A model generated the notes under the pieces. The model was not told the DNA's origin. It did no database searches and saw nothing but the letters and a program-made list of their open reading frames with translations. A stretch of DNA of 63,810 nucleotides, filler included, from Octopus bimaculoides (Eukaryota), in assembly GCF_001194135.2 (NCBI RefSeq). It is 5 parts of 4 records of this genome, joined end to end, with 100 filler letters (N's around TTAATTAATTAA, not from the genome) between each part and the next. Parts side by side here need not be neighbours in the genome. Positions count along the whole stretch, not along the records: positions 27,910 to 51,170 come from NC_068986.1; positions 51,271 to 61,723 come from NC_068992.1; 3 more parts are not named here. One strand, 5' to 3'. The position numbers and the translations under genes are program-made. Positions 48,908-61,342 of the stretch are shown piece by piece. Numbering within the stretch: position 1 is the first letter of the stretch; each line of letters opens with the position of its first letter.

Positions 48908-49684
48908 TGTTGCAACTCGACAGATGGTTTACAAGAGTTTTTGTTGTTAAGGTTTTGGTACTAATATTGTTGGTTAGTGATGATATATTTTCTGTTTGGT
49001 AGCGCTACTGGTGATCGTGGATTTCATCCTGTTGTTGATAGTAAAGTTAGTGAGTGTTGGCTGTATTAGTGGTTGTAGTAGTAAGTGTGGATGATTATGT
49101 TAATGGTGTGTAGGTGTTGTTGTTTCAATGATGCTGGTTGGTAGTGGCTAGCTTGTTGTTTAGCTCTAGCGTACCTATAATCAAAGACACTCCAACTGTA
49201 ACCATCTCATCTTTTATTTAGGCCAAATATATTTATTCCAAATATATTTATTCCGGGCATCAAATTCCGGTCAGAGTACCGAATAGACTACCGCGAGATA
49301 TATTTTGTCTCTGTGTTCAAATAACACCTTGGTCAGCTTTGCTTTCATTCTCTCGAGGACGATAAAGTGCTTTCAGTCTCTCATTCTCTCGAGGACGATA
49401 AACAAGGTACTTGTTTCGACTCTCTACGTTCTGAGTTCAAATCCCACCTCTTCTCATCGGACGGGTCAAAACCACGGATTTTCTGAGAACCAGCCGAACA
49501 TGGTGTTAGGCTTGTGAAATCCATAAGTGGGAACCTAGGTATTTCAGCTGATCACTCACAATGCCAGCATGGAAAGCTGGCATTGACAGCATGACAGAAA
49601 GCAAGGAGACTGCGCACTCTCTTTTACTCTTTCTTAATATCTCGAAATATTTTATGTATTGATCTTCAATATACAAAATATTTT

Positions 49685-50462
49685 AGTTCAAATTCCGCCC
49701 AGGCCGACTTTGCATTTCATCCTCTCGGGATTGATAAATTAAGTACCAGTTGCGTACTGGGGTAGATGTTTCGGGCGTTGAGCTTAGAATAGAAAAGATT
49801 ATTATAAGGCGGCGAGTTGGCAGAATCGTTAGCACGCTGGGCGAAATGCTTAGCGGTATTTCGTCTGTCTTTACGTTCTGAGTTCAAATTCCGCCGAGGT
49901 CGACTTTGCCTTTTATCCTTTCGGGGTCGATAAATTAAGTACCAGTTGCACACTGAAGTCGATGTAATCGACTTAATCCCTTTGTCTGTCCTTGTTTGTC
50001 CCCTCTATGTTTAGCCCCTTGTAGGCAATAAAGAAATAAGAAACGTTAGCACGCTGGGCAAAATGCTTAGCGGTATTTCGTCTGTCTTTACGTTCTGAGT
50101 TCAAATTCCACCGAGGTCGACTTTGCCTTTCATTCTCTCGGGGTTGATAAACTAAGTACCAATTGCGTATTGGAGTAGATGTAATCGACTGGTCCCCACC
50201 CCCAAAATTTCGGACCTTGTGCCTAGAGTAGAAAAGATTATTATAAGGCGGTGGGCTGGGGGAAACGTTAGCACGCCGGGCGAAATGCTTAGCGGTATCT
50301 CATCTGTTTTTTACGTTCTGAGTTCAAATTCTGTAGAGGTCGACTTTACTTTTCATCCTCTCGGTGTCGATAAATTAAGTACCAGTTGCGTATTGGTGCC
50401 GAACTAATCGGCTGGCCCCTCCCCCAAAATTTCGGGCCTTGTGCCTAGAATAGAAAAGAATA
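49685..50462 (+). mobile_element. Head-to-tail cluster of four SINE family B copies
   Basis: Repeated aaggcggcgag.tggcagaa.cgttagcacg...gagttcaaattccgccgaggtcgactttgcc...ggggtcgataaattaagtaccagt units of about 200-240 bp. Confidence 0.85.
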
Positions 50463-51033
50463 TACAAAATATTTTAACAAATCTATCGCACTTCTTCGGT
50501 GGAGTGCTGTAAAGTTCCTGGCGTTGGATCAGTTAAGAACTCGCTGGGAAGCATCTGACGGAGCATATCAAATGTTCAGTAGGTAGTCGACACCCGTAGC
50601 TAACAGTTGCATACTGTACTTCTCTTTCCGATTCTGAAAGCTTACCGTAACGTTTAATCTAGATGTAGTGAAATTTTAAGACTTCATTTCTTATGGGCAT
50701 ATATGGGTTAAGGAAGATATATTTGTTATTTCTAGCGGTTGGAACAACCAGAGAGAGACTCTCTCCCAATCCCATTGTTGTTATTATTATTATTATTATT
50801 ATTATTAGTAGTAGTAGTAGTAGTAGTAGTGGTGAGTGTATGGCTGTGTGGTTATTGTTCCTGCTTATGATAGTGATGTTGAGGATGATGGTCCGATAGC
50901 TTCCTTCCATAGTTTGCTTTCTTCACCCCTCAACAATTTCTCTTTCACTCTTTCACTCTTTATCTTTCTATCTTACTCTCTCTGTGTTTCTCTCTCTCTC
51001 TTCTCCTCTTCGTTTTCTTCTCTACTTTCACTT

Positions 51034-51077
<44 letters not shown>

Positions 51078-51130
51078 CACTTTATATCTCTCTCTCTCTT
51101 TTCTCTCTCTCTTCCTCTCTCTCTCTCTCT

Positions 51131-51170
<40 letters not shown>

Positions 51171-51299
51171 NNNNNNNNNNNNNNNNNNNNNNNNNNNNNN
51201 NNNNNNNNNNNNNNTTAATTAATTAANNNNNNNNNNNNNNNNNNNNNNNNNNNNNNNNNNNNNNNNNNNNTATATATATATATCTGTAAATAATATGTG

Positions 51300-52450
51300 A
51301 CAGTTATTCGGTAGCCATGATAAAACTCAGAGTTTCGGATGCCGGGGCGGAAACCCACGCCGCTATCTCTTCAGTTATCTGGCCATCGAAGAATGCTATG
51401 AAAATGACCGTTGTTTCAAGCCTATGCTCTCCAACAGACGATTTATTTATAAATGCGGTTTGCAATAAGACATGGTCAAAATAAAAGCCTTTTTTAAGCT
51501 TTAGAAACAAATTCAGTAATCATTATCATTTTGCAATAGTAAAAAAAAAACTAAAATTATTTAAAATTTACTAATACGTACATACAATTTGTTGGTTTAT
51601 ATCGCGGATGTAGATGGCCATGGATCATCAACATCAACCGCTGACTCTGGCTGTTCTTGTTCGATGGGCTTAAAAAACCGACTGAGAGTTCCTTGAACTG
51701 CCTTCTTCTTTTCCTCAAGGATTACATTATAAGGAGCAAAAGCTTTGTGACAAACCCCCATAATCTTGGAAAAGCGTTGAGCATTTGGAGCCATATCCTC
51801 GAATATAGAAAGACCTTTTTCGATATATGTAAATGCTTGCTGAATTTTATTAATGATAAAGTGTCCGACTTTCTCTTCTCAGGTTCGACTTTCTCTTCGT
51901 CTACGCTAAAAATCTTTTCGGGAAGAAACCTTTTTATTTCGATGATTTTCTTTAATGCATTAGGAAATTCCGCTGCTGCTTGTTCGTCAGCAGATGCACT
52001 TTCGCCTTGCTTCTTAATGGAGTGATAACTTCGCTCCTTAAATCTCATGAACCATTCTTGAACTCTACATCTTTCTCATCTGGATATTTTTGCTTCAGGT
52101 TCTCAAACAAAAACAGTGATTTCTCTTGACTAAGAGTAGAACGCTGACGAATCAACCTAACAATCCAAAGAGAAAGAAGACTTAGCATTTCTTCAAAGAT
52201 TTTGTCTCTTTTCTTATTGATGACAATGTTCTTCATCCCTGGGGCTTCAGATTTGATATGTGCTAAAGTCTTGTCCTTGTTATGCACAATCGTCGGTACA
52301 GTTGTCCGACTCATCCCAAATAATCGTGCAATTGCTACCGCTTTTTCACCTTTTACATGGTGTTTTCTCATAGCCAGTTTATCTTTCAGCGTTATAGCAT
52401 GACACTTAGCACTTTCACAATGAATTTTCTGAGAAGCTATGGGGCAAAAA
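51300..52450 (-). mobile_element. Tigger/pogo transposon remnant, internally deleted
   Basis: GEKAVAIARLFGMSRTTVPTIVHNKD, EEMLSLLSLWI, LFENLKQK, HSIKKQGESASADEQAAAEFP..LKKII..FLPEKIFSVDE, and the C-terminal KKKAVQGTLSRFFK. Confidence 0.85.
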
Positions 52451-52607
52451 ATAAAGACACAAATGAATGTGAAAGTAGTCCATAAACAGACGTAAACAAA
52501 TCTGAATTTAAAACAGTCACTGGAATCACGATATTAGAACTATAGTGCAATATGAGCTCCGAAAGATCGATAAATAAGACAACACAGCTGATTTCATATA
52601 TATATAG

Positions 52608-52992
52608 GCGCTGGCGTGGGTGTGTGATAAGAAGCTTGCTTCCCAACCACATGATTCTAGGTTCAGTCCCACTGCGTGGCATCTTGGGCAAGATTTTTTT
52701 TACTATAAGCCTCGGGCTGACCAAAGTCTTGTGGGTGGATTCGGTAGGTGGAAACTGAAAGAAGTCCGTCGTATATATATTATATACGTGTGTGTGTGTA
52801 TCTGTGTTTGTCCCCCTCCCATCGCTTGACATCCGATGCTGACGAGCTGACGTACCCGTAACTTAACGGTTCGGCCAAAGAGACCGATAGAATAAGTACT
52901 AGGTTTACAAAGAATAAGTCCTGGGATCGATTTGTTTGATGAAAGGCGGTGCTCCAGCATGGCCGCAGTCAAATGACTGCAACAAATAAAAG
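52608..52992 (+). mobile_element. SINE family A copy
   Basis: Full head-to-tail match to 48398-48900; inserted next to the Tigger remnant. Confidence 0.85.
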
Positions 52993-53002
52993 AATATATA
53001 TA

Positions 53003-53049
<47 letters not shown>

Positions 53050-53816
53050 NNNNNNNNNNNNNNNNNNNNNNNNNNNNNNNNNNNNNNNNNNNNNNNNNNN
53101 NNNNNNNNNNNNNNNNNNNNNNNNNNNNNNNNNNNNNNNNNNNNNNNNNNNNNNNNNNNNNNNNNNNNNNNNNNNNNNNNNNNNNNNNNNNNNNNNNNNN
53201 NNNNNNNNNNNNNNNNNNNNNNNNNNNNNNNNNNNNNNNNNNNNNNNNNNNNNNNNNNNNNNNNNNNNNNNNNNNNNNNNNNNNNNNNNNNNNNNNNNNN
53301 NNNNNNNNNNNNNNNNNNNNNNNNNNNNNNNNNNNNNNNNNNNNNNNNNNNNNNNNNNNNNNNNNNNNNNNNNNNNNNNNNNNNNNNNNNNNNNNNNNNN
53401 NNNNNNNNNNNNNNNNNNNNNNNNNNNNNNNNNNNNNNNNNNNNNNNNNNNNNNNNNNNNNNNNNNNNNNNNNNNNNNNNNNNNNNNNNNNNNNNNNNNN
53501 NNNNNNNNNNNNNNNNNNNNNNNNNNNNNNNNNNNNNNNNNNNNNNNNNNNNNNNNNNNNNNNNNNNNNNNNNNNNNNNNNNNNNNNNNNNNNNNNNNNN
53601 NNNNNNNNNNNNNNNNNNNNNNNNNNNNNNCTGGGAACGAATTAAAGTTGTTTGATCCTGTGTCAGTTCTGATAAAAAAAATCTCATGATTAGTGGTGTT
53701 CCAGCCGTGAACTACCTCGTCGTTTTGTTAATATACGACGTTACAAATTTCGTCGGGATTGACTTTGCTTTTCATCTCTTTCGGGGGGGGGGGTCAATAA
53801 AATTAGTACCAGTTGA

Positions 53817-54460
53817 AGGAGGCGCAGGCATGGCTGTATGGCTGTGTGGTAAGTAGCTTGCTTACCAGCCACATAGTTCTGGGTTCAGTCCCACCGCGTG
53901 GCACCTTGGGCAAGTTCAAATTCCGCCGAGGTCGACGTCTCCTTTCGTCCTTTCAGGGTCGATAAGTTAAGTGCCAATGGAGTACTGGAATCGATGTAAT
54001 TGATTTAACCCCTCCCCTAAAAATATTGGCCTGTACCAATAGTGTGAGAAATGAAGGAATGAGCTGGCAGAATCGTTAAGATGTCGGACAAAATGCTTTG
54101 GAGTATTTCGTCCGTCTTTACGTTTTGAGATCAAATTCTGCCAAAGTCGTCTTTGCCTTTCATCCTTTCAGGGTCGATAAATTAAGTGTCAGTTGACCGA
54201 TAAAATGCCACATTTCTCACAATATCAATTAATGTCATATTATTAAGGCGGCGAGATGGCAGAATCGTTAGCACGCCGGGCGAAATGTTTAGCGGTATTT
54301 CGCCTGTCGCTACGTTCTGAGTTCAAATTCTACCGAGGTCGACTTTGCCTTTCATCTTTTCGGGGTCGATAAATTAAGAACCAGTGAAACATTGGGGTCG
54401 ATGTAATCGACTATTCTCATCTCCCACCCAAATCAGGCCTTGTGCCTATAGTAGAAAGGA
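53817..54460 (+). mobile_element. SINE A head fused to SINE B, followed by two more SINE B copies
   Basis: Family A head 53817-53912 joins gttcaaattccgccgagg of family B; further B copies at about 54055-54195 and 54245-54460. Confidence 0.8.
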
Positions 54461-55299
54461 TTAATTATATCATAATAATTAATGTTAGATGTCTTGCAAA
54501 CAACTCGCACATGCAAGTGCTACCAGTCGAGAACTCCGCATACCGAAAGCCAGCAAGTGTATGGTGTCATCAAGAGAGAATGCGCGCCGTTTCGGGGCCT
54601 ACCTCTCGACAGCATCAATGCGCATGCCCCCCCCCCCACTGATATGAGGCCCCACTTGCTAGATCAACTGGTTATTAAAAACAAAGCTCAATATTTCTCT
54701 AGCCATCGCTCATCATCTCTTTTTAACCAAATTCAGTGGATAGCCTTCTCCATTTTTCCAACTTTTTCTTACCTTCATAACTTTATACGCAGTTGATAAA
54801 TATGCAAGATTCAGCTGTCAAAATTCTTACTCAAGTCACTCCCCACTACTTTAGAAATAGGAAACATTAGATAATGTGGTTCTTAATACAGTATTACTAA
54901 AAGATATATGCATAAAGAAACATGATGGTTACGGACGGAATATCTTTTGCCATAAATCTACTCAGTGAGGGTTCATTTGTTGTTAAATAACAAAACCAAC
55001 GACAACAATCTTTTAACAGGTAAACTAATTGAATTGACAAATTAAATATGCGTAAGGTGGGATACAAACTCACAATTCGTGTAAATAAATTATGACACAT
55101 TGCACACTCGGCCTGTTTTTCTTTGTTTTCTTTAAATAAACTAGAGATTTAAAAATGTCCAGAACTGATATAAAAAGCCCAATGCGGTAATTACGACCAG
55201 AACTAATTGAAATTCTCATTGCAGTGGTAATGACCTGACACGACCCGTAGAATTCTATTGCTGTGACAATACTTTGCAGGTTGCTTTGTGCTTTTTAAT

Positions 55300-55570
55300 A
55301 CGATTTTGTAACAAACAAGACTTGGGGCTACTGTAGCGCAAGGGACTACAATGAAGAAAAAGAAGGGGCCTACGAATTTGAAAGGTGGTGATTGATAGGA
55401 AACTTAAAGGGCTGAATATGAGAGACTGGAGGAAAGCAAAATGATGCTAATGAGTTCCTCAGAGTAACAGTTCGAGGAAAGAAGCTATTAGAATAAAAGA
55501 ACTGCTGGGTAACAGGAAGCGAAACGATGCACCTAGGAAGAGAAGCAGGTGACACGTTTAAAGGTCTTAG
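55300..55570 (-). mobile_element. L2-clade LINE 3' end
   Basis: YSNSFFPRTVTLRNSLASFCFPPVSHIQPFKFPINHHL matches the SFFPRT..LWNSLP..FP..Y.L..FK..IN terminal motif. Confidence 0.7.
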
Positions 55571-56080
55571 CTGAGGGTATTAAACCAGAAAGTTCATCAG
55601 AGCAATGATCATGAAAATACTTAGAGAAAGGACACACTGAAGAATCATTTCGTTGATGAGCCAAAGACTCCTAACTTAGCAAAAAGAAGAGGGCCACCAT
55701 GTTAACAAGTAGATTCTGAATTCGATCAAGCATGTTAAGACACTCAGAGGAGTCTAAAGATAACAACAATACTGAGCCTTGTTGAGCTTTGATTTGATTT
55801 TGTAATCAGAAATAAACATCAACAGACAGAACGACATTCAAATCTTTCTCAAGAATATAAAAGAAGCGAAGTAAATAGATTGAAACCAAGTCTTGGGTTT
55901 AGGAATACGTTGAAATATGTTCTACTTTATGCTACTCTATTTCGTTAGCCAAAAATATTAAGAATCTGTGCAAAAAAATTTGATAAAATATTCTCCTTCA
56001 TGAAACACGTTCATTTCTCACAAACTTTGTTAATTGAAGGAAAATCAGTTTACTTTGAAAGATATTCGACTATGTTGTTT

Positions 56081-56090
56081 ATGACGTCAT
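56081..56090. promoter_or_regulatory. CRE-like palindrome upstream of the FAF1-like ATG
   Basis: Perfect ATGACGTCAT 84 bp before the ATG; an ATTGG (reverse CCAAT) lies about 15 bp upstream of the ATG. Motif match only. Confidence 0.35.
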
Positions 56091-56173
56091 GAAATTCACA
56101 AGGAACTTTAAGGCTCTGAGATGCCTTACGACACGCTTTGAATCTACAAGTGTCATTGGTTAGATCTTTGTAA

Positions 56174-57232
56174 ATGGCAGCTGGAAAACGTACCCAAAAG
56201 CGGCAGACAGCGTCGAAGAGGCCAGCTGAATCAACACCATGTTCTTCATCAGTTTCGTGTTTGGAGGAGGATTCATCAGCTCATGGGCATCCGAAACGTT
56301 TCAAAAGCACATCCTCTAACCAGGCATCCGATATCTATTCAAGAACACTGGAATCCGCAATTAAAGATTCGTTAAAGCTGAGTGCAAGCTGTAGAAAGCC
56401 TTTGGTTCTGTATTTATACGGCTGTGATGATGATAGACTGTTGAAGTCGAAAACAGTCTCAGAATATCTTTGCAATAGATTCGCAGTTTGGGCACGGAAA
56501 CTTGATACAGACGAAAATAAGAAACAAACATTTTCATTGTTAAAAAAGGAGTTTGGGAGCGATATTACAAAGAAGGTGAAACAATACGAACAAAACCGTC
56601 TACCTATAGTACTAGTCTTGGGAAAAGTGCAGTGCAGTTTGGTTATTCTTGGTGAGTTGGACAAGGTTCAAGATCCAGTGAAATTCCAAGCATTCTTGGA
56701 ATCAGTTTTAGAGGTATTTCCTGATATGATCAGACCAGAAATATTATCTGAAAGTTTGAGAGAAGAGAGAGCTTCTTTGATACGAGAGCAGGATCAAGAG
56801 TATGAGGAGTCACTAAAAAAGGATAGAGAAAAAGAACAGAAAAAACGACTTCTAGAAGAAAATAAGCGACTGGAAGAAGAAAAACGAAAACAACAGGAAA
56901 TTCGATACCAGAAAGAAGAAGAGAAAAGAAAACAAGTATTGCAGTCTTTAAATCAACAATTATCTGAAGAACCAAATGTCAATTTAAACAAACCGATCAC
57001 AATATTGCGCTTTCGAACACCAGCTGGAGATGTATTGACACGCCGATTTTTCGTTGAAAATACATTGAGGACGGTCCTTAATTTCGTGGAAGCGAATGGT
57101 TTCAGTATTGATTGTTTTAAGATCCTTGCGTTTCATCCTAAACAAGATATAACTCAATTAGACAGAGAAAAATCGATTGAAAATCTTCAGTTATACCCAC
57201 GCCTAACTCTTTACATTCACCGTAGACATTAA
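56174..57232 (+). CDS. FAF1-like: FAF1-like UBX-domain protein (UAS + coiled coil + UBX), intronless, lacking the FAF1 N-terminal UBA/UBL region
   Basis: ATG at 56174, TAA at 57230-57232, 352 aa with no frameshift. Colinear with the FAF1 C-terminal half: TLESAIKDSL..RKPLVLYLY, VSEYLCNRFAVWARKL, EFGSDI, LPIVLVLGK, REQDQEYEESLKKDREK, LRFRTPAGDVLTRRF, GFSIDCFKIL..PKQDITQLDREKS...LYPRLTLYI. Confidence 0.9.
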   Translation: MAAGKRTQKRQTASKRPAESTPCSSSVSCLEEDSSAHGHPKRFKSTSSNQASDIYSRTLESAIKDSLKLSASCRKPLVLYLYGCDDDRLLKSKTVSEYLCNRFAVWARKLDTDENKKQTFSLLKKEFGSDITKKVKQYEQNRLPIVLVLGKVQCSLVILGELDKVQDPVKFQAFLESVLEVFPDMIRPEILSESLREERASLIREQDQEYEESLKKDREKEQKKRLLEENKRLEEEKRKQQEIRYQKEEEKRKQVLQSLNQQLSEEPNVNLNKPITILRFRTPAGDVLTRRFFVENTLRTVLNFVEANGFSIDCFKILAFHPKQDITQLDREKSIENLQLYPRLTLYIHRRH

Positions 57233-58607
57233 AGAACATTTGTCTTCTTTTGATTGTTCATTTACATGACTTGTATAAATCGAAAACAATTTCTTGCACA
57301 CTTCTGTGTATATATATATATATATATATATNNNNNNNNNNNNNNNNNNNNNNNNNNNNNNNNNNNNNNNNNNNNNNNNNNNNNNNNNNNNNNNNNNNNN
57401 NNNNNNNNNNNNNNNNNNNNNNNNNNNNNNNNNNNNNNNNNNNNNNNNNNNNNNNNNNNNNNNNNNNNNNNNNNNNNNNNNNNNNNNNNNNNNNNNNNNN
57501 NNNNNNNNNNNNNNNNNNNNNNNNNNNNNNNNNNNNNNNNNNNNNNNNNNNNNNNNNNNNNNNNNNNNNNNNNNNNNNNNNNNNNNNNNNNNNNNNNNNN
57601 NNNNNNNNNNNNNNNNNNNNNNNNNNNNNNNNNNNNNNNNNNNNNNNNNNNNNNNNNNNNNNNNNNNNNNNNNNNNNNNNNNNNNNNNNNNNNNNNNNNN
57701 NNNNNNNNNNNNNNNNNNNNNNNNNNNNNNNNNNNNNNNNNNNNNNNNNNNNNNNNNNNNNNNNNNNNNNNNNNNNNNNNNNNNNNNNNNNNNNNNNNNN
57801 NNNNNNNNNNNNNNNNNNNNNNNNNNNNNNNNNNNNNNNNNNNNNNNNNNNNNNNNNNNNNNNNNNNNNNNNNNNNNNNNNNNNNNNNNNNNNNNNNNNN
57901 NNNNNNNNNNNNNNNNNNNNNNNNNNNNNNNNNNNNNNNNNNNNNNNNNNNNNNNNNNNNNNNNNNNNNNNNNNNNNNNNNNNNNNNNNNNNNNNNNNNN
58001 NNNNNNNNNNNNNNNNNNNNNNNNNNNNNNNNNNNNNNNNNNNNNNNNNNNNNNNNNNNNNNNNNNNNNNNNNNNNNNNNNNNNNNNNNNNNNNNAATGC
58101 GACCCTGAAGAGATGGAGTATCCGGCAATTTATAATTTATAATTTATAATGTGTTATAATATGTTATAATATTTTATGAGACATTTTATGATGTGGTTTA
58201 TTTATCCTGGATACTCTATTGAAATGTGCATAGGTTTGGCTTATTGTTGTTGTTTCTTCAATGCATCGATTTTGAGCTCTATTTTTTTAATATATATATA
58301 TATATATATATGCGCGCACACACAAGGACAGACGTATATTTACAAGTAACGCATGCAAGACATATAGTCATACACACGCACATACCACAGGCATACATCT
58401 ACATAATCCATCCCCACATACATACATACATACATACATACATACATACATACATACATGCATACATACATTTTTACTGACGCATTTTTACGCCATCTAA
58501 TTTTCTTGTTCAGAAGAAACAGTCACATATCCAGAAATATATATTAATATACCTTTATCTGATTACCTGTGTCTTTCTTGCAGTGTTTTTAACAAAACCT
58601 CTGGAAG

Positions 58608-58639
<32 letters not shown>

Positions 58640-58677
58640 ACTGTCTTTGTTTATTAAGTACTCTATGTCACACCCAA

Positions 58678-59185
58678 TCTAGGGAGAGCAATCCACTGGG
58701 AGCTATGTAGAAAGCTAGGATTTGAACATACTGATAAACGGTATGAACATAAACCTAGTAAAGTACTAGAAAGTAAGAAATATAAGATGTTGTGGGACTT
58801 TCACATTCAGACTGACAGAGTAATAGAAGCTAGAAGGCCTGATTTGGTAGTAGTAGATAAAGAGAATAGAAAGTGCTAGATAATTGACTTTACAGTCCCA
58901 AATGATGAAAAAATTAATATGAGAGGTACAGAAAAAATAGCAAAGTACCAGGACCTAGCTATTGAATAACAGAAACTATGGGAAATGCGGGTAAAATGTA
59001 TCCCAGTAGCTATAGGTGCACTGGGAACTATCCCCAAAGATCCTAACAGATGGATAGAGGAAATAGGCATAAAACCCAGCTTAGTATAGCTACGGAAAAC
59101 AGTGTTTTTAGAGACAGCTAGGATACTTAGGAGGGTTCTTGGCATCTAAGGTTACTTGTTATAGTCCGATGTTAGGATGAGGAGT
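58678..59185 (+). mobile_element. R4/Dong-type 3' fragment 1 of the stack
   Basis: AIHWELC..LGFE..YEHKP..VLE..MLWDFHIQTDRVIEARRPDLVV...IIDFTVP...KYQDL...IPVAIGALG...ETARILRRVLGI* (stop 59149). Confidence 0.88.
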
Positions 59186-60578
59186 CGAGGAAAGCTTGTC
59201 AGGACAGAAGATATATGGTTGCCAAGTGGTGAAATGATGAAGGCAATTCAACCTTAAACTAGTTATAAATACTTGGGAATACTTGAGGCAGACGGAATCA
59301 AACACAACGACATGAAGGAAAAAACAAAAAGAGAGTACCTGCGGCGACTGAGGAAAATATTGGCTTCAAAGCTGAATGCCAGGAACATAATTACGGCAAT
59401 AAACTCGCGTGCAGTCGCAGTAGTTCGGTATGGTGCAGAAACCCGAAATGGAGAGAGGAGGAGCTAAAGGAGATGGACAGGAAGTCAAGAAAGCTCCTAA
59501 CGATTCACGGAACCCATCATCCACGTGCAGACACTGATCGCCTATAGATGAAGAGAGCAAATGGAGAAAGGGGAATGATAAGTGCGGAAGACTGCGTAGA
59601 TATTGAACTCGAAAGCTTAATGAGATACCTAGCTCAAAGTAAGGAAACCTTGATAGTGTCAGTTAGGAACGAGAGAATATTGAAAGCAGAGAAAAAAAGG
59701 AAAAACAAAGGAAGAAGTACAAAAAAGACGTGAAGAAGAATTACGCAAGAAGGGACTACACAATTCCATGTAGCCACACCAGAAGTTGCTGGAAAAAAGG
59801 TGGGATTGACTGATGAAAGGAACGTTAAAACAAAGAGACCGAGAGCACTATACGGGCAGCGTAAGACCAAATTTTAGCCACGAACTGGAAGGTCAACCTT
59901 AGAAATGAGAAAGTGTCTCCGCTGTGCCGCATCTGCAACAGAGTGGATGAAAGTATTACCCATATCACGAACGAATGCCCTAAACTTACTCCAAACCACT
60001 ACAAGTTGTGGCGACACGATCAGGTAGCGAAAGTGTTACATTGGAAACTGTGCGTAAAATGGGGGCTAGAGAGAGGCAAGACGTGGAATGAGCACAAACC
60101 ACAGAGAGTGGCGGAATCGGAGACTAGCAAAATCCGCAGGAATATCCCAATCCAAACAGATCATGTGCTAGAGAATAGCAAACCGGACTTAGCTGCTATA
60201 TAGTTGATGTTGCATGACCCTTTGACCTACGAATAGTCAAGAAAGAAAGCGAAAAGGTAAATAAATACAACCCTCTTAAGTACGAAATAGCACGGCTACG
60301 AAAAGTGAAGAAGGTGAAGATAGTGCCAATTATTGTTGGCTCCTTGGTAACAGTATCAGAAGGCATCGAGGAGAATATAAAGGAAATTGGAATAGAGTAC
60401 CCAGTAGAACTGTTACAAAAGGTTACCCTCCTTGACACGGCCAGAATAATCAGGAAAGTATTAGACAGCTGAAAAGAACGGGTAGCATGGTACCGTAGGC
60501 TGCAGGTAGTAAGCCCGCTACACAGGCAAGACTCCAGGAGTTCCAACAAAACTTGTGATAAAGAGAAATAATAATAAA
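59186..60578 (+). mobile_element. R4/Dong-type fragment 2 of the stack
   Basis: SYKYLGILEADGI...AINSRAVAVVRYGA...CRICNRVDESITHITNEC..RHDQVAKVLHW...PDL...KYNPLKYEI...VPIIVGSL...TARIIRKVLDS* (stop 60472), short AAT tail; internal deletions. Confidence 0.88.
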
Positions 60579-60589
60579 ACCGGATAAGG

Positions 60590-61101
60590 TAATGGACGAA
60601 AAGAAAAAGGTAAAAAATTCTCTGGGACTTTGGCTTCCAGGCAGACAAGGTATTAGAACACTAGAGGCCGGATATAGTAACCTTTAGGAGGGACAGACAA
60701 GAGCGCCTAATAATTGACGTGGCAGTACCAGGAGATTAATATATCATCATGAAAGAAAGAGAAAAGGTTGATGAATATGGAGACCTGAGAATTGAGATCA
60801 CTAAGATGTGGCAGCTCCGAGAGTCAAACATAAAGTTTGTCCCTATTGTCATCGGAGCATTGGGTTCGATACCACCCGATCTGAAAAAAAACCAAAAAAA
60901 CAGCTGAAAACTTTAGAAATTCTCTACAGTCTAGGTGTATTGCAAAAGTCGGCATTACTTGGAACTGCACTCATATTGCGTAAAGTCTTGTCTGTCTGAG
61001 GTCCTTGTTGTGACTTGACAGACGGTACAAACCCACGGTAGACACAATATCTTCAATCAACAACCTAACGATATTGTATACTGTGCGATGATGATGATGA
61101 A

Positions 61102-61178
<77 letters not shown>
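60590..61178 (+). mobile_element. R4/Dong-type 3' fragment 3 of the stack
   Basis: KILWDFGFQADKVLEH*RPDIV..IIDVAVPGD..EYGDLRIEITKMW..VPIVIGALG...QKSALLGTALILRKVLSV* (60999), then a (GAT)n(AAT)n tail at 61087-61178. Confidence 0.88.
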
Positions 61179-61181
<3 letters not shown>

Positions 61182-61342
61182 CACATCCTACGCAAAACAC
61201 TTTCAATACAGTAACCNNNNNNNNNNNNNNNNNNNNNNNNNNNNNNNNNNNNNNNNNNNNNNNNNNNNNNNNNNNNNNNNNNNNNNNGCACACAGAGCTG
61301 CGCTCGGTAGTGAAGTGAAAGCACGTTATAAAAATAAAACTA

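Noticed and set aside
49685-50462. Repeat-spacer-like periodicity suggesting CRISPR
   Set aside because: Eukaryotic context, 200-240-bp units that are SINE copies, no unique spacers and no cas genes.
58106-58130. CTGAAGAGATGGAGTATC hammerhead-like start
   Set aside because: The GAAA box and stem III are missing; at most a relic, truncated by a gap.
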